From positions 32,001 to 96,000 of the forward strand of contig JAZDCZ010000386.1 of the NCBI GenBank assembly GCA_036679605.1: 64,000 nt of DNA, in the 5' to 3' direction. Shown piece by piece: positions 18,189 through 26,733 of this stretch. The notes beneath the pieces are model-generated. The model searched no databases. It was not told where the DNA came from and was given only the letters and a program-made list of their open reading frames with translations. This DNA is from Gemmatimonadota bacterium (GTDB taxonomy: Bacteria > Gemmatimonadota > Gemmatimonadetes > Gemmatimonadales > GWC2-71-9). The translations under genes were made by a program, and so were the position numbers. The number at the start of each line of letters is the position of its first letter. The stretch's first letter is position 1.

Positions 18189-19049
18189 CTAGGAAGTTGC
18201 CCCGGCCCGCCGATTGATCCGAACGCCGGCGATGCCGGCCGGAATCCCAATTGCCAACCCAACGGCGGCGTCGATGCCGTAGTGCATCTGAAGGTAAACG
18301 GTGCCGACAACGAGTAAGATATTTGGCACCAGAAAGATTGCGGCCAGTTTTTTCCATTCGTGAAACAAGGCTACAGTAGTGGCGACACTTGCGGCGACAT
18401 GCGACGACGGAAAAGCCGTGCCGAACGCCGATCCACTCCCAAGCATCCAGTAGACCAATCGAGCGCTCCATACGTCACGCACCACACCCGTGGGATTTTC
18501 GAAAGCATAGTTGGGTCCCGCGACCGGGTAGAGAGCAAAAATCGTGTAGCAAATCATGAAGGCCAGCATGGTTGAGAACAGTACGCTTCGGGCACTAGAT
18601 CTGCGGCCCCTCACGAATAGGAGTACTGTGCCCAGAATGATTATGGGATAGTAGAAAAGATATGCGACATGCAGCAATCCGGACCAAAAGACTGACGGCG
18701 CTGCCCGGATCCATTCGTACGAAATTTGGCCACCAAATATCAGGGCTTCCCAGCGCTGTACTATGGCGTCCCTGGCATAGGTGCTCTCAATGCCCAACTG
18801 GAGCGAGAGTACGCCGAGTTCACCGTAGAGAACGGGTAGCAGGAGCAGCGGGAAAATGTCGTGGACTAGTCCTCCAATTTTCATTTCGGGCTTCACGTGC
18901 GCAAAGAGGAATAATGCTGTGCCTATCAGCGCGTGCAATCCAAACAGCATCCATGTGGCCGGATCGGTCAAAGCTCCGCGATACACAATGAGTAGCGTGA
19001 GGAATATCACGTAGCCGGCGACTAGTTTGTCGACTGGTCTCACAGCCAT
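18189..19049 (-). CDS. PAP2-superfamily AUR1/IPC-synthase-like membrane phosphotransferase
   Basis: Likely start 19049; polytopic; AYLFYY, LYPVAGP, AFPSSHV, HYGID. Lacks the KxxxxxxRP phosphatase motif. Confidence 0.72.
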   Translation of the reverse strand: MAVRPVDKLVAGYVIFLTLLIVYRGALTDPATWMLFGLHALIGTALFLFAHVKPEMKIGGLVHDIFPLLLLPVLYGELGVLSLQLGIESTYARDAIVQRWEALIFGGQISYEWIRAAPSVFWSGLLHVAYLFYYPIIILGTVLLFVRGRRSSARSVLFSTMLAFMICYTIFALYPVAGPNYAFENPTGVVRDVWSARLVYWMLGSGSAFGTAFPSSHVAASVATTVALFHEWKKLAAIFLVPNILLVVGTVYLQMHYGIDAAVGLAIGIPAGIAGVRINRRAGATS

Positions 19050-20032
19050 CCCTCCGCGCGATACCATTGTGTGGTTTGTCGCAGCCCCATCTCCATGTTT
19101 ATCTCCGCACGCCACGCAGTGGCACCTTCGAGAGCCGCCGGCGAACAAGTCCATGCCGGGGCCAAGAATTCTTTGCTCTTTTCAGGCGATAGGACACTCA
19201 CAGTTCCCGTCAGTTTGGAGACGACGCCGCTGGCCCACAGAGCCGCCCGCGTAACCGTCGCTGGAATAGAAATCACAACGGGGTGAGCCCTTTTTCGATG
19301 CTCTCCCTTGAGCGCCGCGTAGACCCCCTTCACGAGTGAGCCTGATGTGACGATCTCAGGGTGACAGATGAAGTAAATGTTGTTCGCTTCGCTGTCTGTC
19401 GCGGCATACACCATACCGCGTACGAGATCTGTAACGTATACGATAGAGAGTTGTTGGCGTGGCGAGCCAAAAACGGGCACGATACCCAGTCGAGCTATCT
19501 TGAACAATCTGAGAAACTGGACGTCGCGAGGGCCATAGACACTTGGCGGTCGGACTATCGTCCAAGGTAGGCCGCCTTCCCTGACAATGTTCTCGCCGGC
19601 CAGTTTGCTCGCCCCATAGTTGCTTACCGGACGTGGCTGGTCGGTCTCCGTTTTTACTTCGTCGCGCTTTACAGGGCCGGCGGCAGCTTGGCTGCTCACA
19701 TATACAAGTCGCTGAAGATCACGGGCCGCGTCTCTCGTCGCCCCGATGAGGTTGCGGGTTCCCTCAACATTCGTCTCAAAAAACTCGCTGCGATTTCGGG
19801 CCGCAGTTAAGCCCGCTACGTGGAAGACAACGTCGACCCCCTCACATCCTTTCCTTAGCGCAACTATGTCCGAGAGGTCGCCCGGTATGCCGGTGGGGGG
19901 ACGATCAGGAAATATGCGAGCCAACTTGGACGGATCGCGAACGAGACATGTGACATCGTCTCCCCGTTCGATCAAATGATCTACCAGTGCCGATCCGACG
20001 AAACCCGTTCCACCCGTGACAAATACTTTCAT
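19040..20032 (-). CDS. Extended SDR (NAD-dependent epimerase family), candidate 3-ketoceramide/3-ketosphinganine reductase
   Basis: VTGGTGFVG, YVSS, YGASK, VRPPSVYGP; function inferred from operon context. Confidence 0.8.
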   Translation of the reverse strand: MKVFVTGGTGFVGSALVDHLIERGDDVTCLVRDPSKLARIFPDRPPTGIPGDLSDIVALRKGCEGVDVVFHVAGLTAARNRSEFFETNVEGTRNLIGATRDAARDLQRLVYVSSQAAAGPVKRDEVKTETDQPRPVSNYGASKLAGENIVREGGLPWTIVRPPSVYGPRDVQFLRLFKIARLGIVPVFGSPRQQLSIVYVTDLVRGMVYAATDSEANNIYFICHPEIVTSGSLVKGVYAALKGEHRKRAHPVVISIPATVTRAALWASGVVSKLTGTVSVLSPEKSKEFLAPAWTCSPAALEGATAWRAEINMEMGLRQTTQWYRAEGWL

Positions 20033-21156
20033 ATTGGACGGTCGTAAATCCTCAAGGTCTTATAGTGCTCGAAACCGAGGCGAACGAGTCCGTTCTTCAT
20101 TGCGGCGTTATCTTCCAAAATCCAACCGGCCTCAGCCCATCTGTATCCGAGTGCATAGCCTTTATCCCAGATCCAGTGGTACATCAGCGCATCGGCGCCG
20201 GTGTTGCGGTATTCCTTGAGTAAGCCTAGCAGAAGGATTCGAACGCGGGTGATCTTGCGCTTGGCCCAAAGAACTTTGAAAATGCCGGGGAATAGACGGC
20301 CTGATGGGTTCGTTTTCAGAGCGACATTGAAGTCAGGAAGAACGGCTGCGAAACCTATCGGCTCATCGCCGCGCTCGGCGAAGATGAGCAACTCCGGCAC
20401 CAACACCGGCTTGAGATCCTTCGCCAGGTGATCGATCTCTGCATCGGTCATTGGGACGAAGCCCCAATTGTTGTCCCATGCCTGATTGTAGATCTGCTTT
20501 ATGCGGGCGACTTCTTCGTCGTAGCGGCTCATGTCGATGCTTCTGAGAGTGATCTTTTTCCGCTTCGTGATCAGCTGTGCTCCACGCAAGAGACGATCCG
20601 GAAGGTTTGGATTCACACTGTGGTACTGGAAGAGATCCTTGGCTTTCTTGAAGCCAGCGCGCTCTACGAGATCGACGTAATATGGTGGATTATGCGGATT
20701 GAGAATCGTTGGTGGTGTATCGAATCCATCGACCAGCAGACCGCACTCGTCATTGGTGGAGAACGATGCCGGTCCTCTCATGATCGTGAGCCCTCGGCTC
20801 GACAACCATTTGGCGGCCTCTGCGAACAGTGCGTCGGCGACCGCTGCTTCGTTCTCGCACTCGAAGAACCCGAAGAACCCCACTTTGTCTTTGTGAATAT
20901 CGTTGTGCGTGTGGTTGTGGATGGCCGCAATTCGTCCAACGATCTTGCGAGTGTCCCCGTTAGCGTACGCGGTGAAATACTCGGCCTCTCCGTGCTCAAA
21001 GAACGGATTCTTCGAGCGCGATAACATCTTCCGCACATCCATACGCAAAACAGGGACCCACGTGGGGTCCCTACGGTGCAGTCTATATGGAAAGGCGATG
21101 AATCGGTTGAGGTCAGCGGCCGACTCAACCGGCCGCACGACGATACCGCCGCTCAA
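20029..21156 (-). CDS. Tandem GNAT N-acyltransferase, bacterial ceramide synthase (bCerS)-like
   Basis: GRIAA, GFFGFFEC, HNPPYY, YNQAWDNNWGFVPMT, WILEDN; directly downstream of spt. Confidence 0.78.
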   Translation of the reverse strand: MSGGIVVRPVESAADLNRFIAFPYRLHRRDPTWVPVLRMDVRKMLSRSKNPFFEHGEAEYFTAYANGDTRKIVGRIAAIHNHTHNDIHKDKVGFFGFFECENEAAVADALFAEAAKWLSSRGLTIMRGPASFSTNDECGLLVDGFDTPPTILNPHNPPYYVDLVERAGFKKAKDLFQYHSVNPNLPDRLLRGAQLITKRKKITLRSIDMSRYDEEVARIKQIYNQAWDNNWGFVPMTDAEIDHLAKDLKPVLVPELLIFAERGDEPIGFAAVLPDFNVALKTNPSGRLFPGIFKVLWAKRKITRVRILLLGLLKEYRNTGADALMYHWIWDKGYALGYRWAEAGWILEDNAAMKNGLVRLGFEHYKTLRIYDRPI

Positions 21157-22355
21157 ATAACCCCCATCTCCCTTCCAAGCTTACCGAGTACATCGAGTAC
21201 CGAATCGAGCTGGTCGTCGGTGTGTGTGGCCATGAGGCTTGCCCGCAACCGGCACTGATCGGGTGGCACCGCAGGAGGTACGACGGGATTGGTAAAGACC
21301 CCTGCCTCGAACAACTTCCTCCAGGTCATGAAGGTTCTCTCAAGAGTACCAATGAGTATCGGGATAATAGGCGTTTGTGTCGCTCCAATTTCAAAGCCGA
21401 GGTTCCGGCAACCCTCGCAGAAGCGGCGGGTGTTCTGCCATAATCTGTCTCTTCGTTCCGGCTCCTCGATCATGATTTCCAACGCAGCCAGTACTCCGGC
21501 CGTATTCGACGGCGGCAGGGCGGCCGTAAACATCAAGGGCCGGCTATGGTGCTTGAGGTAGTGTACGACACTCTCCGATGCGGCTACGAATCCACCAATT
21601 GACGCAAGTGACTTTGAGAACGTTCCGACAATGACATCGACCTCGTTTATGAGCCCGAAATGCGATGCCGTGCCGTCACCCTTGGAGCCGAGTACTCCGG
21701 TCGAATGGGCATCGTCCACGGCCAATGCAGCGCCGTACTTTTGCGCGATCTTTACCAACTCAGGGAGGTCGGCGATATCACCTTCCATCGAGTACACGCC
21801 GTCCACGATGATCATGGATCCGCGACCAGATTTTCTTTCCAGCCTGCGCTCTAGCTGGGCCAGGTCGCCATGATTGAACCGCTCCGTCTCTCCGTACGAC
21901 AACTTCGCGCCGTCAACGATGGATGCATGATCGAGCTTGTCGATGAAAACCACATCGCCCCGTCCAACGAGACCGGAGATGAGGCCGAGGTTAGCTTGGT
22001 AGCCCGTAGAAAACACCAACGCCGACTCCTTCGAGAAGAAGTCGGCCAGCCGAGCTTCGAGTTCCTCGTGTAGTTCTATGGTGCCGTTGAGGAACCGGCT
22101 GCCAGTGCAACCCGATCCGAAATTCTCCAACGCCTTTCTTGCCGCTTCTAGCACCCGCGGGTGGTGCGTGAGTCCCAGGTAGTTGTTGGAGCCCATCATA
22201 ATGCGCTCGCGACCCTCGATGACAACTACCGTATCTTCCGCCTTGGAGATCGGCTTGAAGTACGGGTACATGCCCGCCGCCTGTATTTCCCGGGCCTTGG
22301 TGAAGTTGTTGCATTTCTCGAAAAGCTGAACCTGCTGTAAGATCTCTGTGTTCAC
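21153..22355 (-). CDS. spt: Serine palmitoyltransferase (PLP alpha-oxoamine synthase family)
   Basis: GSNNYLGL, GSRFLNGT, STGYQANLG, HASIVDG, DDAHSTG, PLP-lysine motif GTFSKS, SRPLMFTAALPP. These are SPT-type rather than BioF/Kbl-type signatures. Confidence 0.82.
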   Translation of the reverse strand: MNTEILQQVQLFEKCNNFTKAREIQAAGMYPYFKPISKAEDTVVVIEGRERIMMGSNNYLGLTHHPRVLEAARKALENFGSGCTGSRFLNGTIELHEELEARLADFFSKESALVFSTGYQANLGLISGLVGRGDVVFIDKLDHASIVDGAKLSYGETERFNHGDLAQLERRLERKSGRGSMIIVDGVYSMEGDIADLPELVKIAQKYGAALAVDDAHSTGVLGSKGDGTASHFGLINEVDVIVGTFSKSLASIGGFVAASESVVHYLKHHSRPLMFTAALPPSNTAGVLAALEIMIEEPERRDRLWQNTRRFCEGCRNLGFEIGATQTPIIPILIGTLERTFMTWRKLFEAGVFTNPVVPPAVPPDQCRLRASLMATHTDDQLDSVLDVLGKLGREMGVI

Positions 22356-22398
22356 TGTTTCTTAGACTCGGCGCCAAAACGTAAGTGGGGCAGATTTC

Positions 22399-23151
22399 AT
22401 GGGTTCAGGGGCAAGTACGATAGTACAGACGGCCTGTAAAACACACAAGCCCCGCCGCGCTGCTGTTGCCCTGGCGGTTATCTCCATAACTCTATTGCCA
22501 TCAACGAGTTGGGCGCAGACTGTGACGGTGCGAGAGCCCGTTGGCCGCTCGCAGGTCTTGTCTGTGGCAGCTAGCGGCGTTGTCTTCCTAATACCACGGA
22601 CATTGAACATCCGAGAAGGACCACCCGGTTGTGCTCCCTGTGCCCGCGGCGCGATCCCGGGGTACGATCGCTGGGCGCTGACTTCACTTGACCACGGATG
22701 GTCCGCGGCTAGCAGCGTAGCGCTAGGAGGATTGGCTGCCGTAACCTGGTTCGATATGGCGCGGGGTCGGGGCAAGCAGGGGCTATCAGAGTGGTCGGCG
22801 TCGGTTGAGTCGGTCTCGTGGGCTCTTGCGACAACCGAGATATTCAAGGCGGCATTGGCTCGCAACCGGCCGATTCTCTATACTGGCGACGCCGTGGACG
22901 TCGCGGATGTGACCGACAGCCGGCGATCGCTCCCATCTGGGCATGCCTCAGCTGCCTTCGCCTTGGCAACGAGTTATGCCATCGCGCAATGGCGGCGGGG
23001 CAACAAACTTCCCGGATGGTTGGCGATGGCTGCGGCCGGTGGTGTCGGAGCAATGCGTGTTATAGCGGGTCGCCATTTCCCATCGGATGTGGTGGCGGGA
23101 GCGGCCCTGGGCACTGCAAGTGCGGTGGTGATTCAGACCATAAGGTTTTGA
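22399..23151 (+). CDS. PAP2-family lipid phosphate phosphatase
   Basis: All three motifs present: KAALARNRP, PSGH, RVIAGRHFPSD. Start uncertain. Confidence 0.85.
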   Translation: MGSGASTIVQTACKTHKPRRAAVALAVISITLLPSTSWAQTVTVREPVGRSQVLSVAASGVVFLIPRTLNIREGPPGCAPCARGAIPGYDRWALTSLDHGWSAASSVALGGLAAVTWFDMARGRGKQGLSEWSASVESVSWALATTEIFKAALARNRPILYTGDAVDVADVTDSRRSLPSGHASAAFALATSYAIAQWRRGNKLPGWLAMAAAGGVGAMRVIAGRHFPSDVVAGAALGTASAVVIQTIRF

Positions 23152-23262
23152 GCTGGCGAAGTGGGATTCGTGATGCACGTCATGGCCACTCGGCCTAGAC
23201 TACTCCTACTTTGCGTCACGTGCATGGAACGGTCCTCGGTTCCCAAGGGTTATAGTTTACGC

Positions 23263-25752
23263 ATGCAAGCCTCGAAACTCGTAACGTGTCTGGCGCTCAA
23301 TATGCTTGCGCTGGCCGCGCTGCCCGCCCCCGCCATGGCACAGAGCGACGTGGAGGAACTCGGCAGGCGGTTTGGATCTACGCCGCCACGCGGGTACTAC
23401 GAGACAATGGCAGCCCGTCCCGACGCATTTCGGTTTTCCCGCAACAATGGATGGATCAGAAGAGCGCGAGTGGTTGCGTCGCGCCGCAATTTGCTTCGAG
23501 CCGAGGGAATGTCTGCGCTCATGACGGCACCGGGTGCCATTATCCAGCAGGGCCCGGCGGTTAGCGGGCAGCTCAACCTTCCGGTGTTCCTGATTCTGTT
23601 TTCTAACACGGACTCAGCGGCGCTCGTAGCGAACCTACCGCACTCTCTGATGAAGACCCGGCTATACGGCACCGATCCTGCGCCCCCCTATTCGATCACC
23701 TCGTATTACAGCGAGATCTCCAACAACACGTTGTCGGTAAACGGCCGAGTGTTCGATTGGACCCGGGTGCCCGGGTTGGATACTCAATACGAGGGTACGG
23801 GAAACGGGCTCGATGCGACGGGAGATATTCCCGGGTTGATAGCAGACATAGTCGGTGCGCTGGACGACACGGTGGATTTTGGGCAATTCGACAACGACGG
23901 CCTCGATGGGATTCCCAATTCAGGTGACGATGACGGTTTCGTCGATGCCATCGTGTTGATTCATCCCGAAGTCGATGGCTCGTGTAAGAACAAGAACCCA
24001 GCTGCGGCAACCAGTATATGGGCGCATCGGTTTAGGGCTTCGGCGTGGTCGGGCGGGCAGGCCTACACGACAAACGATGCATCGAATTCGGGGAGCGTCA
24101 ATATCCGCGTCGATGACTACATAATCCAAGGTGGCCAGGGAGGGAACGACGGCTGTACGAACGATGAACCGCAGGCAATGGGAGTGATCGCCCACGAGAC
24201 AGGCCACCTGTTCGGCTTGCCGGATCTGTACGACACGGGCAACACAGGTTTTGGGATCGGCCGCTGGGGCATCATGGGATCGGGGAACCAACAAGTTCCC
24301 ACGCGTCCTACACACATGTCCGCCTGGTCCAAGGCCGACTTGGGTTGGGTTACAGAGGTCCCGATCGCTCAGGAAACGACGCTCGTCGTATCGCCGGTGG
24401 AGATCTCGGATACTACGTACGTACTGCCGGTGCCCGGCACTCAAGAGTACTTCATTCTCGAGAACCGCCAGCGGATCGGTTCCGATTCGGCGATCATCTC
24501 TCCGGGATTGCTGATCTGGCATGTGGACTCACTCCAAGTCCGACTGCGTCGCGGGTTCAACGTTGTGAACGCCGCGCTTCCCAACGCGGTGGCGCTGGAA
24601 CAGGCCGATGGACGCGTTGATCTTCAGAACCGTATAAACAAGGGAGACGTGTCGGATCCATTTCCCGGCAGCGCGTCGAACAGATCGTTTGGCAGGGCGA
24701 CCACTCCGTCAAGTTTGGCGAACGACGGTTCGTTGTCTTTCGTCGAACTCGATTCGATCACACAGGTGAGTCCGAACGGTCCGATCAGCGTCAAGGTCGC
24801 TTTCGACCGGCCGGTGGCCATAGCCGCAACCGACACGAACGCAGTTTTTCGCTTGGACGGCGTCGAGCATAACCGGTTCGTAGAATTTCTCACGTCAGGG
24901 TCGGTACACACCCTCGACATGGACTTGGTTCAAACTGTCGATCAGGGTAGGCGACGATACACGTGGCTCTCGTGGTCCAACGGGCAACCGCGATCTCACA
25001 GCTTCACAGCCTCTCCGATGGGAAACACGATTGTGGCGAATGTCGCGTCGGAATTCGAACTCAAGGTGACTGCCACGTCCAACGTGGGCTCCGTGAGTGC
25101 AGATGCGGAGATCGACTTGGCGAACGGCACCCTGTTGCCCTCGGATTCGGTCGTGACGCTAGTGGCAAACATAGACTCGGCCGGTGCGGTGTTCGAACAG
25201 TGGCTTGGGCCCGACACCGTTGCCACGGGAGATACTCTGGTTGTCCGTATGACGCGCCCGTTTGCGATTGACGCGCTGTTTGCCGGGCGTCTCTTTGTCA
25301 CCGATGACACGCTGCCGGTGGGGCTCATGGGGTCGCCATACACTCATCAGATCGCCTCATCCGGTGGAACGGGAACGAATATCTGGCAGGCTTCGGGCGG
25401 CACGTTGCCGACAGGCCTCAGCCTGAGTAGCGCTGGACTCATTTCTGGAGTGCCGGAAGAAACCGGGGAGTTCCATATTGCCGTTTCCCTGTTCTCCGGC
25501 TCGCAGACCAGTAGCGACACCGTGAATCTAGAAGTGAGTGCGCCGGCACTGGTTGTGACAGGCGTGCTCGAACAGTTGATCGGATCGAACAGTACTCTGA
25601 GCGATACTGACCTGCGATATCTCGATCTCTTGGGCAATGGGAACAGTCGGTTGGACGTTGGTGACTTCCTAGCGTGGATCGAAGCGACCGGAGGTTCTGT
25701 GTCTGCAGCGGAGATCGCTGCGACTCTAGAGGCAGCGGGGAACAACCGATGA
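23263..25752 (+). CDS. Secreted M6 (immune inhibitor A-like) metalloprotease with Ig-like domains and dockerin/EF-hand-like C-terminus
   Basis: Signal peptide from ATG 23263; HETGHLFGLPDLYD, WGIMGSG, EYFILENRQ, GLLIWHVD; He_PIG-like LPTGLSLSSAGLISGVP; tail LDLLGNGNSRLDVGDF. Confidence 0.9.
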   Translation: MQASKLVTCLALNMLALAALPAPAMAQSDVEELGRRFGSTPPRGYYETMAARPDAFRFSRNNGWIRRARVVASRRNLLRAEGMSALMTAPGAIIQQGPAVSGQLNLPVFLILFSNTDSAALVANLPHSLMKTRLYGTDPAPPYSITSYYSEISNNTLSVNGRVFDWTRVPGLDTQYEGTGNGLDATGDIPGLIADIVGALDDTVDFGQFDNDGLDGIPNSGDDDGFVDAIVLIHPEVDGSCKNKNPAAATSIWAHRFRASAWSGGQAYTTNDASNSGSVNIRVDDYIIQGGQGGNDGCTNDEPQAMGVIAHETGHLFGLPDLYDTGNTGFGIGRWGIMGSGNQQVPTRPTHMSAWSKADLGWVTEVPIAQETTLVVSPVEISDTTYVLPVPGTQEYFILENRQRIGSDSAIISPGLLIWHVDSLQVRLRRGFNVVNAALPNAVALEQADGRVDLQNRINKGDVSDPFPGSASNRSFGRATTPSSLANDGSLSFVELDSITQVSPNGPISVKVAFDRPVAIAATDTNAVFRLDGVEHNRFVEFLTSGSVHTLDMDLVQTVDQGRRRYTWLSWSNGQPRSHSFTASPMGNTIVANVASEFELKVTATSNVGSVSADAEIDLANGTLLPSDSVVTLVANIDSAGAVFEQWLGPDTVATGDTLVVRMTRPFAIDALFAGRLFVTDDTLPVGLMGSPYTHQIASSGGTGTNIWQASGGTLPTGLSLSSAGLISGVPEETGEFHIAVSLFSGSQTSSDTVNLEVSAPALVVTGVLEQLIGSNSTLSDTDLRYLDLLGNGNSRLDVGDFLAWIEATGGSVSAAEIAATLEAAGNNR

Positions 25753-26141
25753 AGCTGCGAGTGCTTGGCGCGATAGCGATCATGGGAATCGTCGGTCAAT
25801 CTTGTGACGGCGGTGGGCCCAAGGACGGCGAACTGCTTGTCAATTTGGTCACGCCCAACTCCAACGATGCTGCGATACTCCTTCGAGTGGACGGTTCGGG
25901 ATCCAAGACGATTGTCGGTGCGACTGCCGCCTGTGCGGGATGTCAGATTTTTGCAATCTCTTCGAGTGAGACTCGACTGGATGCGGTCGTGACCGGTGCA
26001 CTCGCCTCCGGTCCGTTACTGCGGATATCGGTGTCGGATGTTGGGAGCAAGGGGTCGTACTCGTTGACGATCACGCAGGTGGCGGGCGCAGATCACAGGC
26101 TGCGTGGGCTCGTGGGTTACAAAGTCGAATTTGATCGCTGA
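25749..26141 (+). CDS. Small beta-rich lipoprotein, possibly cohesin-like
   Basis: ATGA overlap with the M6 gene; signal MKLRVLGAIAIMGIVGQSC; alternating beta-strand pattern. Confidence 0.7.
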   Translation: MKLRVLGAIAIMGIVGQSCDGGGPKDGELLVNLVTPNSNDAAILLRVDGSGSKTIVGATAACAGCQIFAISSSETRLDAVVTGALASGPLLRISVSDVGSKGSYSLTITQVAGADHRLRGLVGYKVEFDR

Positions 26142-26145
26142 CTCG

Positions 26146-26592
26146 TCAACGCCGCTTTATCAGAAGCCAGCGACGGTTGGCGCCGGTCATGGTGTCGGCT
26201 CCGAGGTTGAACACGCTCAGAGCGATCGTGTCACCGGTGACTCGCCCCCGAAACGCGATGCCCGGGGAGTTATCGGTGCTGCGGAGTATATTGATCGTAA
26301 TATCCCCACCCCTCTTCAACGAATCGGTGAACGGAGCAAACGCCTTGGTGTCGATCCCGACGTTGCCCGAAAAGAAATGGGAGAGATGGCCGAACAAGCT
26401 GCCGTTGGCCGAATCCACGGTCAATTCTATTCGGATGCCGGGCATGGTCTGCGGTGGGTCCGAGGCGAGGTACCAGACGCCCTCGAGGGATGATGTGCCG
26501 CCAATCTCGCTCTCGTTTGCCGAGTTGTGCTGTGCACATGCGGCAACTGATGCTAGTAGAGGGATCCAGAGTATTGCATGACTTGACTTCAT
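26146..26592 (-). CDS. Hypothetical lipoprotein
   Basis: Lipobox VAAC; GGAG RBS; beta-rich body (LEGVW). Confidence 0.7.
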   Translation of the reverse strand: MKSSHAILWIPLLASVAACAQHNSANESEIGGTSSLEGVWYLASDPPQTMPGIRIELTVDSANGSLFGHLSHFFSGNVGIDTKAFAPFTDSLKRGGDITINILRSTDNSPGIAFRGRVTGDTIALSVFNLGADTMTGANRRWLLIKRR

Positions 26593-26733
26593 AGGCGGCT
26601 CCGGACGCGTTTGTTGGTCTCCACTCTCGGCTGTCTGCTTAATTTTGCGGATGTACTTGTAACAGCCGGAACTAACGTTAACGTTCTATTCGATCGTTTG
26701 ACCAGTTTACAACCCTTAGAACAGGTACCAGCA

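Noticed and set aside
21153..22355. Annotation as bioF or kbl
   Set aside because: GTFSKS-type motif and GNAT/SDR/AUR1-like neighbours favour SPT, and no bio or tdh genes are nearby; not formally excluded without a phylogeny.
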